DNA of 29,193 nucleotides, taken from a virus (Duplodnaviria > Caudoviricetes). Both the position numbers and the translations under genes were made by a program. Positions within the stretch are counted from its first letter, which is position 1, and each line of letters starts with the position of its first letter. This document shows, piece by piece, positions 18,409 through 25,010 of the stretch. The notes beneath the pieces are model-generated. The model had not been told where the DNA came from and did not search any database. It was given only the letters and a program-made list of their open reading frames with translations. Location: the IMG/VR virus record IMGVR_UViG_3300033407_000094, positions 1 through 29,193 of that record. The stretch is one strand, 5' to 3'.

Positions 18409-18737
18409 TACTTTCCTCTTTGCAGATCATGTTTAATGAGGCTTGCCAACTGCTCCATGGTGCCGACGTTCACCCGGACCATGGTCATAAGCTCCCCGGC
18501 CATCTTCTCATAGTTGTGGACCAGCACCACGTTGTTATCATAGCGACCGTTGGCCTCGCGGTTATCTTTGCGTACTTCATCCCGCAGAGCCACCAGCGCC
18601 GTGGACAGTTTATACAGCGCCCAGCTTAAGGCGGTGGGTGGTAAGAGGATCAGCACCAGCACAATCAGCGCCAGGGGGCCGCTGCTGAGTACGCTCAAAA
18701 TCTCGACAATCGCTTTAGCTATGGCTACGTCCGGCAT
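18408..18737 (-). CDS. Hypothetical membrane protein (lysis region)
   Basis: Hydrophobic segment PLALIVLVLILLPPTALSWAL followed by a coiled coil; translationally coupled. Confidence 0.7.
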   Translation of the reverse strand: MPDVAIAKAIVEILSVLSSGPLALIVLVLILLPPTALSWALYKLSTALVALRDEVRKDNREANGRYDNNVVLVHNYEKMAGELMTMVRVNVGTMEQLASLIKHDLQRGK

Positions 18738-18952
18738 TACAAAAGTCCTTTTTCAATTAATTCAGCGCAGTCCACACAATGGGTGCATCCTGGTGATGCT
18801 TCGCGCCGTTTTTGCGGGATAGACTCACCACATTCCAGACATATTTTCAGGGAAGGGCCAGTCCTTAATCGACCTTTGCGCAGCTGCTCTTCAATCGCCT
18901 GCCGACAAAATAAGGCGTCCAGTTCCTGGGCTAGTTCAAACTGCTCGGCCAT
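18737..18952 (-). CDS. TraR/DksA-type C4 zinc-finger protein
   Basis: CLECGESIPQKRR...PGCTHCVDC. Confidence 0.88.
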   Translation of the reverse strand: MAEQFELAQELDALFCRQAIEEQLRKGRLRTGPSLKICLECGESIPQKRREASPGCTHCVDCAELIEKGLL

Positions 18953-19410
18953 CACTTACCGCCTGTAATTGCTGCGGTAATCTTATTGGCAATGCCGAAA
19001 CGCTCGGTACTGCGCCCAACTATCCAGACAGAGCAGACCCCGCCCCAGGTGAACCAGAACTCGCTCGGTAATTGAATGTTCGGCATATTGGTAAGCGCCT
19101 TGCCGGTGGCAACCAGGGAAACCCAGGCCAGGACCGGCAGCAGGACGTGCACAAGGCCGATAGCAAGCAGCCCAAAATAGACGATGGAAGGCCTGGCCCG
19201 TTTGGTAAAGGCGTCGCCCTGGGCCATTTCCGCCGTCATAACCGCCCGTTGTGTTTCAACGATGGTATTTTCCCGAACTTCCAGCATCTGCTGGAGCTGG
19301 AGCTTGGCAGCGGTCTTTTCCGCTTCGGTGGCCGCTGGAGGGAAGAAACGGTCTACTAAGTCTTTTGCAAGGACAGCTACGGAGCCGAAGCCGGTAAAAT
19401 CAAGCCCCAT
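18952..19410 (-). CDS. Holin (GTA-type holin family-like)
   Basis: AEMAQGDAFTKRARP, two hydrophobic segments and GRSTE motif; adjacent to the lysozyme. Confidence 0.8.
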   Translation of the reverse strand: MGLDFTGFGSVAVLAKDLVDRFFPPAATEAEKTAAKLQLQQMLEVRENTIVETQRAVMTAEMAQGDAFTKRARPSIVYFGLLAIGLVHVLLPVLAWVSLVATGKALTNMPNIQLPSEFWFTWGGVCSVWIVGRSTERFGIANKITAAITGGK

Positions 19411-19822
19411 GGTAATATTCCCCGGTCAAGATCATCTGGGCCAGTTCGCGGGCTCTGCCTCGGACTTGCTCAGCCCATTTGCTGTCGAGCATCTGTGTGT
19501 ATGCTTCGATGTAGTCGCCTGTCTGCAGCGCAAACAGCAACTTTTTAAAACCGGCGAGACGAGGCAATCCCAGGTTAAAAGCCATGTCGGCCAGGGCATC
19601 CTGCCGGACAATGTTCAGATTGGCGATCCAGGGGTATTTAGTGTGCAGTTCATCCGTGGTATTGGCGATATCCTCATCCAGCAGCTGCAGGGCGATATCG
19701 TGGGGAATGCCGTTGTCGTCAAGGTTGTGCCCGACTCCGATGGTCAGCTTGCCGACCGTGTCCCGGTAAGGCCGAAGAACCAGCCCTTCGTGCCTGATCA
19801 GCATGTCTCTTAATTTGCTCAT
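19400..19822 (-). CDS. Endolysin, GH24/T4-type lysozyme
   Basis: HEG....Y.DTVGKLTIGVGHNL catalytic E/D/T triad; MAFNLG and SKWAEQV..RA motifs. Confidence 0.93.
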   Translation of the reverse strand: MSKLRDMLIRHEGLVLRPYRDTVGKLTIGVGHNLDDNGIPHDIALQLLDEDIANTTDELHTKYPWIANLNIVRQDALADMAFNLGLPRLAGFKKLLFALQTGDYIEAYTQMLDSKWAEQVRGRARELAQMILTGEYYHGA

Positions 19823-20013
19823 TTACTGCCCGCCTTACTTAAACCACCACCGACCGAGGCAGGACAACCCCGCCCCGGCCATCCCGGTAGTAAAAACATC
19901 TTGTATGCCATTGTTTTACAATGGTTGCGGGTGGAGTTAGAGGCGTAAGGGTGCAGTATTTTAGGGGGTTACAGCCGGTTTTCAGAAAAAATAAAGAAGA
20001 GGAAAAGGGGAAG

Positions 20014-20039
20014 GTAGGGGCGGGTTCCAAACCCGCCCT
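20014..20039 (+). repeat. REP-like palindrome, copy 4 (possible terminator)
   Basis: GTAG-GGGCGGGTT-CCA-AACCCGCCC-T, followed by a T run on +; about 15 bp downstream of the antirepressor cassette on -. Confidence 0.85.
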
Positions 20040-20053
20040 TTTTTCGGTTGCGG

Positions 20054-20284
20054 TTACAGTTTTTCGGCTGCGGTTCGAATGGTATCTTCTATCCCTTGGA
20101 GGATTAAAAACAGGCCGTTGATTCCGGCAGCACTCAAGCCGGAAGCCGTGTCGCTTTCGATGAAATGCGCCGAAAGTTCCTTGACGAAGCTGGTTACATA
20201 AGCGGCACCCTGGAGCATGTCGGCGGGGTTATCGCTGTCGGCAAAGGAGAAAATAGCCGGTTGGATGAGTTCCTGAACTTCCAT
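20054..20284 (-). CDS. Hypothetical protein (second gene of antirepressor cassette)
   Basis: ATG at 20284 with AAGGAGG RBS overlapping the end of the ORF6N gene. Confidence 0.7.
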   Translation of the reverse strand: MEVQELIQPAIFSFADSDNPADMLQGAAYVTSFVKELSAHFIESDTASGLSAAGINGLFLILQGIEDTIRTAAEKL

Positions 20285-20285
20285 A

Positions 20286-20963
20286 TCATGCCTCCTTGGC
20301 AGCATTACAGAGAAACGACACGGTAGCACTGGAACGGCCTGTCATCCTGGCTATCTCGGCCTGACTATGACCCTGCTTTTTCAACTCGATTATTTCCGCG
20401 CGATTTTCGGCGGTTAGCGGTATGTTTTGCCTCCTCTTTTTTGGTTGCATGCTCGGCAGCATGTTCTTCAGGTAATTGATTTCGGCCCTTTGCATTTCAA
20501 TGTATTCCTTCATGGGGATTACCATGCAATGAGCTGGGACGCCGGAGGAGGTGTCTGGTAATTCGTAGGCTGTGGGCTGGGTATCGTTGATCGGCGGTTG
20601 CTGATAAGTTTCTTCAAGTATGGAGAAGGCCCGCATTATCTGGATTGCGCGTTGCGCTGCAATCGGAGATTTTAAAACGGAGGAAAGCATATTTGCGCCG
20701 AATCGGGTGAACATCCAGGGGAGGTGTCCACCGAAAAGACTTAGGGGTGTGCCATTTTGGGATACCAGGTTTTTTGCTTCAGATTCAGTAGCTCGAAAAC
20801 AAAAATCTTCAGGGAAACGCTGTGGATTGCGACTGACTGCCCGGTTGATCTGTCTTGTTTCTACACCGTAGATTGTAGCTAATTGATTTGCCAGCATAGC
20901 CGGAGGTCTATTTGGGAGGTTTATGATACTGTTCTGAATGTCTTTTACGGTAATTTCTTTCAT
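20286..20963 (-). CDS. ORF6N-domain antirepressor-like DNA-binding protein with C-terminal HTH
   Basis: LATIYGVETRQINRAVSRNPQRFPEDFCF and FTRFGANMLSSVLKS (ORF6N); GHSQAEIARMTGRSSATVS (HTH). Start corrected to the ATG at 20963 with AAGGAG RBS. Confidence 0.88.
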   Translation of the reverse strand: MKEITVKDIQNSIINLPNRPPAMLANQLATIYGVETRQINRAVSRNPQRFPEDFCFRATESEAKNLVSQNGTPLSLFGGHLPWMFTRFGANMLSSVLKSPIAAQRAIQIMRAFSILEETYQQPPINDTQPTAYELPDTSSGVPAHCMVIPMKEYIEMQRAEINYLKNMLPSMQPKKRRQNIPLTAENRAEIIELKKQGHSQAEIARMTGRSSATVSFLCNAAKEA

Positions 20964-21017
20964 GGTGCTGCTCCTTTGTGGTTGTGAATATTTCGCCATT
21001 TTTACGCCAAAAAAAAA

Positions 21018-21087
21018 GGCGGGCCGAACAGGTTGGCGTACCGGACAAAGGGACCGGCGAGCCGTGAGGCTCCCTGCTCGACCCGCC
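21018..21087 (-). ncRNA. c4-type antisense RNA (P1 C4 / P4 CI-like)
   Basis: GGCGGGUCGAGCAGG...CCUGUUCGGCCCGCC closing stem; inner hairpins GAGCC-UCAC-GGCUC and CCGG-UCCCUUUGU-CCGG; single-stranded ACGCCAA. Both unpaired segments have complementary sites upstream and downstream. Confidence 0.88.
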
Positions 21088-21108
21088 AAAAAGCGAAGTC
21101 GAAACCAC

Positions 21109-21195
21109 GGACACAAAAAAACCGCCAACAAAAACTACTGCGGCGGGTGTCCGCCTTTGTTCCAGGACGCCAATCCCGGTTGCCGATTTTGCGGC
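21109..21195 (-). promoter_or_regulatory. c4 leader (a1b1-like target pair plus terminator-like hairpin)
   Basis: Targets UUGGCGU (21173-21167) and ACAAAGG (21160-21154); hairpin 21146-21122 followed by U7. Confidence 0.75.
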
Positions 21196-21204
21196 AACAT
21201 GGAG

Positions 21205-21234
21205 AGGATAGCCCATGGTTGTGGTTTGTGTCAA
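21205..21234 (-). promoter_or_regulatory. Sigma70-type promoter of c4/antirepressor cassette
   Basis: TTGACA (21234-21229), 18-bp spacer, TATCCT (21210-21205). Confidence 0.7.
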
Positions 21235-21246
21235 TGTTTATTGTTT

Positions 21247-21609
21247 TTAATCGCAAGCCATAAATGTTATGTCGTCTTGCATCAAAATACCACTGACTTG
21301 TAGCTGATTTACCCAGCCCGTGGAACCGTCATAAGGGCTCTTTACCTGAAAGTCAGGGCCGGAAGTCTTTAAAAGCAAGGCTCTGGAGCCAGGAAGAAGA
21401 TTCCCCACTGCAGGAAAACGCCCCTGGGCAGTTGATTTTTTCCAGAGCTTAATTTTATAGTTACCCACCACCCATGCTTCGGTGGTTCCCATCTCCCTGG
21501 CAACATCTGCAGCCGAGTGAAGCTCGATAAATTGCCGACATCCAGCCAACGCAGGCTGGCAAAACAACAGTACAAAAAAAAGAAATAACGTGAAAATTCT
21601 ACCGATCAT
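21247..21609 (-). CDS. Secreted protein with possible SH3b-like domain (moron)
   Basis: Signal peptide MIGRIFTLFLFFVLLFCQPALA; C-terminal FQV...GSTGWV; GGAGG RBS; AT-rich upstream gap. Confidence 0.65.
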   Translation of the reverse strand: MIGRIFTLFLFFVLLFCQPALAGCRQFIELHSAADVAREMGTTEAWVVGNYKIKLWKKSTAQGRFPAVGNLLPGSRALLLKTSGPDFQVKSPYDGSTGWVNQLQVSGILMQDDITFMACD

Positions 21610-21673
21610 ACAGTCCTCCATTTAAAATGATTAATGATCAAACAAAGTTATCATAAAAAAAGACTATTAACAA

Positions 21674-22015
21674 TTAAGGCAAGTATATAAATTCAATCCG
21701 GTTTACCGGCTCAGCAAGGCTGCAGCCATAATGCTTTTGCAGCATTGCCACAAACTGATCCGGGGTCTTATCGGGAAATCCCTCTTTCACGCAATCATCG
21801 TAAGTTATCGCATACAAGGGCTCGCGCCAGGTGGACACGATCTCGATCAAGCCGAGCTTAACTATCTGCTCACCCTTCTTTAAGCCCATAGCTTTCTCAA
21901 CCCCACACACCACATCTCCAGGATTTAAGAACCACCAGCCGAAGCGACGTGTCACGGTTTTGGTTCTGGCCCTAAATTGCTCCGTGGTCATGGCAAAACT
22001 CATATTTCTTGGCAT
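21674..22015 (-). CDS. ASCH domain protein
   Basis: MSF...Q....KTVTRR, PGDVV, I...D...EGF and RIEF motifs. Confidence 0.82.
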   Translation of the reverse strand: MPRNMSFAMTTEQFRARTKTVTRRFGWWFLNPGDVVCGVEKAMGLKKGEQIVKLGLIEIVSTWREPLYAITYDDCVKEGFPDKTPDQFVAMLQKHYGCSLAEPVNRIEFIYLP

Positions 22016-22028
22016 TAGTCAATCTCCG

Positions 22029-22370
22029 TTAAAACAGCTTTAATTGCCCATTACTCTCAACATCAGCTTCCCCGGTGATATTCCACACCTGGCGCTCTCC
22101 AAGTCCGACCCTTCTGGCAATTTCCGGTACCGTCATGTCTGCGTCCCGCAGCTGCTTGATCCAGCGATTGCGAGCAGCCCGCTCAATGGCATCGACGTTG
22201 TGACAATATATATAGGTGCCTCGATAATGCTTAACCAGGGCCAGGGTAATATCGACGCCCTGGCCTGGGGCTAGTTTCTCTATCACCGCCGCCACTCCCG
22301 ACAGATCACCCGGCAGCTCTTCAATGGTGGGCAGCATGTTTTCCGGTAGTTCAAACTTCAAAATCGACAT
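22029..22370 (-). CDS. mor: Mor/C family transcription activator
   Basis: LVKHYRGTYIY...RN..I plus HTH VPEIARRVGLGERQVWNI; directly after gemA. Confidence 0.85.
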   Translation of the reverse strand: MSILKFELPENMLPTIEELPGDLSGVAAVIEKLAPGQGVDITLALVKHYRGTYIYCHNVDAIERAARNRWIKQLRDADMTVPEIARRVGLGERQVWNITGEADVESNGQLKLF

Positions 22371-22782
22371 CTTTTCTGACCCCCCATTGTTTCAATGATT
22401 CAATCACCTTAAAGCACTGGGCACCGTCACACCAGCGCAGGTTGGTCACTCCGGTCATCCGCTTGACATAGGCCTGCAGGGCGGCGTCCGTGCCGCTCCT
22501 GGTAGCTCCCGCCGCATGGAGAGTAATCCACATGGCAACAACCTTGCGCATTTTGGCATCTTGATAATAAGGGGAATTGGTCCCTTTGTCCGTCGGCTGC
22601 TTGAGCCGCTTTACCTTCCAGCCCAGGCCCTTGAAATGCGTGTACAGATCGGCAAGTTGCCAGGTGGACAGCTCTTTTGAAGACTCGACTTTGTACCTGT
22701 CGGAAATCAATTGATGTTTGTCTATGCCCAGCTCTTTGCAGGCTATGTTGATTTTTGCGTAATCCGCTTTAGTTGGTGCCAT
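22351..22782 (-). CDS. gemA: GemA/gp16 family protein (DUF1018)
   Basis: KINIACKELG, SSKELS, KVVAMW..L, AL..YVKR and VIESLKQW motifs. Confidence 0.88.
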   Translation of the reverse strand: MAPTKADYAKINIACKELGIDKHQLISDRYKVESSKELSTWQLADLYTHFKGLGWKVKRLKQPTDKGTNSPYYQDAKMRKVVAMWITLHAAGATRSGTDAALQAYVKRMTGVTNLRWCDGAQCFKVIESLKQWGVRKDVDFEV

Positions 22783-23354
22783 TATTCCATTCCTTTAATG
22801 ATCTTTGAAAGACCATTTAAATCTATCACCGCCGAAGGTGCGCCATGCTTCTTATCCCATTCCCTCCTGGCCTTTTCCATGGGGTCAAGGAGTGGATCCG
22901 CCTCTGCCCTGTCCGGTGCCGGTGTCCTGGGCCTGGCTGCAGCCTGGGTCTGGCCTTTCTTTTCCCCCTGATAATCGGCCTGATCGGCCAGATCATAGGC
23001 GACTTTCTTCAGATAGTTATGGTTCGGCATCGGCAGGCTGAGCCCGGCCCGCTGCTCGACCATTTGTTCCATAGCCCTGGACCAGATAGTTGCCGAGCAA
23101 TTGCGATCCACACGGCCCTGGATAGAGACAAAGCCCTTGGTAGTAAGGGCGTCGATCTCTTTTACCAGCCGAAGCGCTTTCTTCCAGCTGAGAGCGCGGG
23201 TACCTGGTCTAAAGAGCGACATATACCCGAGGGCAGCTGCCGACAGAGGGGCGGGCAGTTTGGCTATGACAAGTAAGGTTTCTCGGCAAGCGGCATCATT
23301 CATCCAGCTTTCAGCGCTGGCGATTGCTCCGCAGCCGGGGCAGATCAGTTTCAT
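22782..23354 (-). CDS. Conserved Mu-like phage hypothetical protein with N-terminal CPxCG
   Basis: MKLICPGCG, Y.SLFRP...LSW and PMPNHNYLKKV motifs. Confidence 0.78.
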   Translation of the reverse strand: MKLICPGCGAIASAESWMNDAACRETLLVIAKLPAPLSAAALGYMSLFRPGTRALSWKKALRLVKEIDALTTKGFVSIQGRVDRNCSATIWSRAMEQMVEQRAGLSLPMPNHNYLKKVAYDLADQADYQGEKKGQTQAAARPRTPAPDRAEADPLLDPMEKARREWDKKHGAPSAVIDLNGLSKIIKGME

Positions 23355-23512
23355 TTTGTTTTATCCTTCAATTCCTGATATTTACTTCTTTTCCTGTTTT
23401 CGTTATTTGCACAACCGATACAAAGCTGCTGATACTGGGCGAGGTTACACCACTCCATAGAGACCTTTGTGCTCTTCTGCATTTTGCAAGATATATCTAG
23501 GCTTTGGTTCAT
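23351..23512 (-). CDS. Small Cys-containing hypothetical protein (53 aa, not in ORF track)
   Basis: MNQSLDISCKMQKSTKVSMEWCNLAQYQQLCIGCANNENRKRSKYQELKDKTK; fills the gap, and its TGA overlaps the next ATG (ATGA). Confidence 0.6.
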   Translation of the reverse strand: MNQSLDISCKMQKSTKVSMEWCNLAQYQQLCIGCANNENRKRSKYQELKDKTK

Positions 23513-23538
23513 GGGTTTTCTTTCTCAACCTGCTCTTT

Positions 23539-23823
23539 TTATATGGTAACGACCTTACATCCGTGTTTTTTAATGGAACTCTTTCTAACGCATATAGGCA
23601 GATTTATTGCTATATCCACATCAAAGAAATCAGCTACACCCCCTCTGTCAAATAGGCAGCAATACATCCTGTTAACAAAATCAACTGGTAGCTCTTCATT
23701 GACAATGTCATACGCATTAGATTTTTTTTTGCTTTCCACAACGGGCAGCAAGACAGGGTCCCCAGGCTTAAAAAACTTTGGCAGCTCTGATTTGCTTATA
23801 TCTAAATACAATTTCTTATCCAT
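23539..23823 (-). CDS. Hypothetical protein
   Basis: Start corrected to the ATG at 23823 with AAGGAGAGG RBS; AT-rich. Confidence 0.65.
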   Translation of the reverse strand: MDKKLYLDISKSELPKFFKPGDPVLLPVVESKKKSNAYDIVNEELPVDFVNRMYCCLFDRGGVADFFDVDIAINLPICVRKSSIKKHGCKVVTI

Positions 23824-23842
23824 AATCCTCTCCTTGGTGAAA

Positions 23843-23868
23843 CGGGCAGGTTTAGAACCTGCCCCTAC
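23843..23868 (-). repeat. REP-like palindrome, copy 5
   Basis: GTAG-GGGCAGGTT-CTA-AACCTGCCC-G on - strand. Confidence 0.85.
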
Positions 23869-23899
23869 GGTAAACCTTACACATGGCTGATAGAGAACC

Positions 23900-24754
23900 T
23901 TACACACGTGGCGCTTTGTCGTGGGTAGGGGCGGGTTCTAAACCCGCCCTTGCTTGTTTTCTCGAAAGCTGCCCGGTTCTGACGGAAATCTTAGCCAGTG
24001 TTCGGACAGTTTCCCTGAACTCTTCGGGCTGGCCATTCACATCAAACTGATTAAGGCGGACGTGCTCCGCCCTGGTGATAAGTTCAAGATTGCTTATGTC
24101 CCAATTTTTAGGATCACCGTCTTTTAACCGTAGGATCATTCCCTCCGGTACCGGCCCGTTATGAGCCTCCCAGTTGACAACGTGCTTGGCCCGGAACCGC
24201 CCGTTAAAACCTGTATAGGGGTTTTTTTCTGCAACCTTGACAAAAATATAGCCGTCCTTGGAGCATACTCTTTCATGGCCGATAGGTTTGACGTTCGCCG
24301 GGACATGGCCATTATTAAAGCAGCCGCTGTTCGGCTTGCAGATCCCCGTGCCTTTGGTGCCATCATTCCATGGCATTTGACCTTTTTCGAATTGTCCGGT
24401 CCGGCCGGAGACAATGCCATGGTTTTTGACAAAGCTTTTTACTTGTCCCTGTTTGATCTGCAGGCCGAATTTTTTATTAACCACTTCGGTAAGTTCGACA
24501 ATGCGCAAGCGTGAATAATTTGCCTTGATGAAATCAACCTGCTCTGGACTAAACAACAACGAATACCCTTTAATCCTTCCTGCACCGCGACCGCTGGTTA
24601 TCTTGTATCTATTCAAAGTTGCGTCAATCTGTCCAACCGAAAGGGCACATCCAAAATGGGTGTTGAACCGCTCCGTCAGATCAGCACAGGAAAGCAAAGG
24701 AAAACCAGCCTCCAGGAAGGCAAGATGATCTGTAATGTACTTAAACCCCATCAT
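23900..24754 (-). CDS. HNH endonuclease-family protein with repeated N-terminal helical units
   Basis: Two similar F...L.E..N..FG....Q......I.SGR units; GQFEKGQMPWN; KH..WE.HNGPVPEG...DG...N..ISNLELITRAEH. Start placed at the ATG overlapping the upstream gene. Confidence 0.85.
   Translation of the reverse strand: MMGFKYITDHLAFLEAGFPLLSCADLTERFNTHFGCALSVGQIDATLNRYKITSGRGAGRIKGYSLLFSPEQVDFIKANYSRLRIVELTEVVNKKFGLQIKQGQVKSFVKNHGIVSGRTGQFEKGQMPWNDGTKGTGICKPNSGCFNNGHVPANVKPIGHERVCSKDGYIFVKVAEKNPYTGFNGRFRAKHVVNWEAHNGPVPEGMILRLKDGDPKNWDISNLELITRAEHVRLNQFDVNGQPEEFRETVRTLAKISVRTGQLSRKQARAGLEPAPTHDKAPRV
23925..23950 (+). repeat. REP-like palindrome, copy 6 (inside 3' end of HNH gene)
   Basis: Identical to copy 3; encodes RAGLEPAPT; inverted relative to copy 5 with a 56-bp spacer. 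Confidence 0.88.
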
Positions 24755-24989
24755 TACCACCGGCCTGCAGCATCTTCGGCACATCCTTTGTGTTGATGTC
24801 TCTCTCCCAGATAGCCTTTTGCGCTTCAAGGACGATCTTGCCTGTAGCGACTATATCCTTGGCGATAGAGCTTATGGCCTTACTCCTGGTTACTTCCTCC
24901 AGGAGCTTGTCGCCTTTTAAATTCTCTTCGCCGAGCCTTTCCAGCTGGGCAAAAAGATGATTGTTTAAGTCTGTCAGTCTGTTTTTCAT
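24741..24989 (-). CDS. Conserved small phage protein (LTDLNNHLFAQLERL type)
   Basis: ATG at 24989 with GAGG RBS; I recall this motif from genes preceding this HNH type; overlaps the HNH start. Confidence 0.82.
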   Translation of the reverse strand: MKNRLTDLNNHLFAQLERLGEENLKGDKLLEEVTRSKAISSIAKDIVATGKIVLEAQKAIWERDINTKDVPKMLQAGGNDGV

Positions 24990-25010
24990 GTTTTTCCTCA
25001 ATTCATTTAT

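Noticed and set aside
21018-21087. Cloverleaf RNA as a tRNA
   Set aside because: It lacks the T-loop/D-loop consensus and anticodon arm geometry, and fits a c4-type RNA instead.
20964-21131. N-terminal extension of the ORF6N gene given in the ORF track
   Set aside because: It runs through the c4 RNA; the RBS and domain start support the ATG at 20963.
20908-21234. Ash-like ORF (AAKSATGIGV...GSPV..TPT)
   Set aside because: It starts inside the -35 box and overlies the c4 leader and RNA, so the peptide pattern is explained by RNA conservation; translation is unsupported but not excluded.
10403-23950. Palindromic repeats as a CRISPR array
   Set aside because: Copies are dispersed and inverted with no regular spacers, and no cas genes are present.
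24755-24829. Longer HNH start given in the ORF track
   Set aside because: It would overlap the upstream gene extensively; the coupled ATG at 24754/24751 is more plausible.
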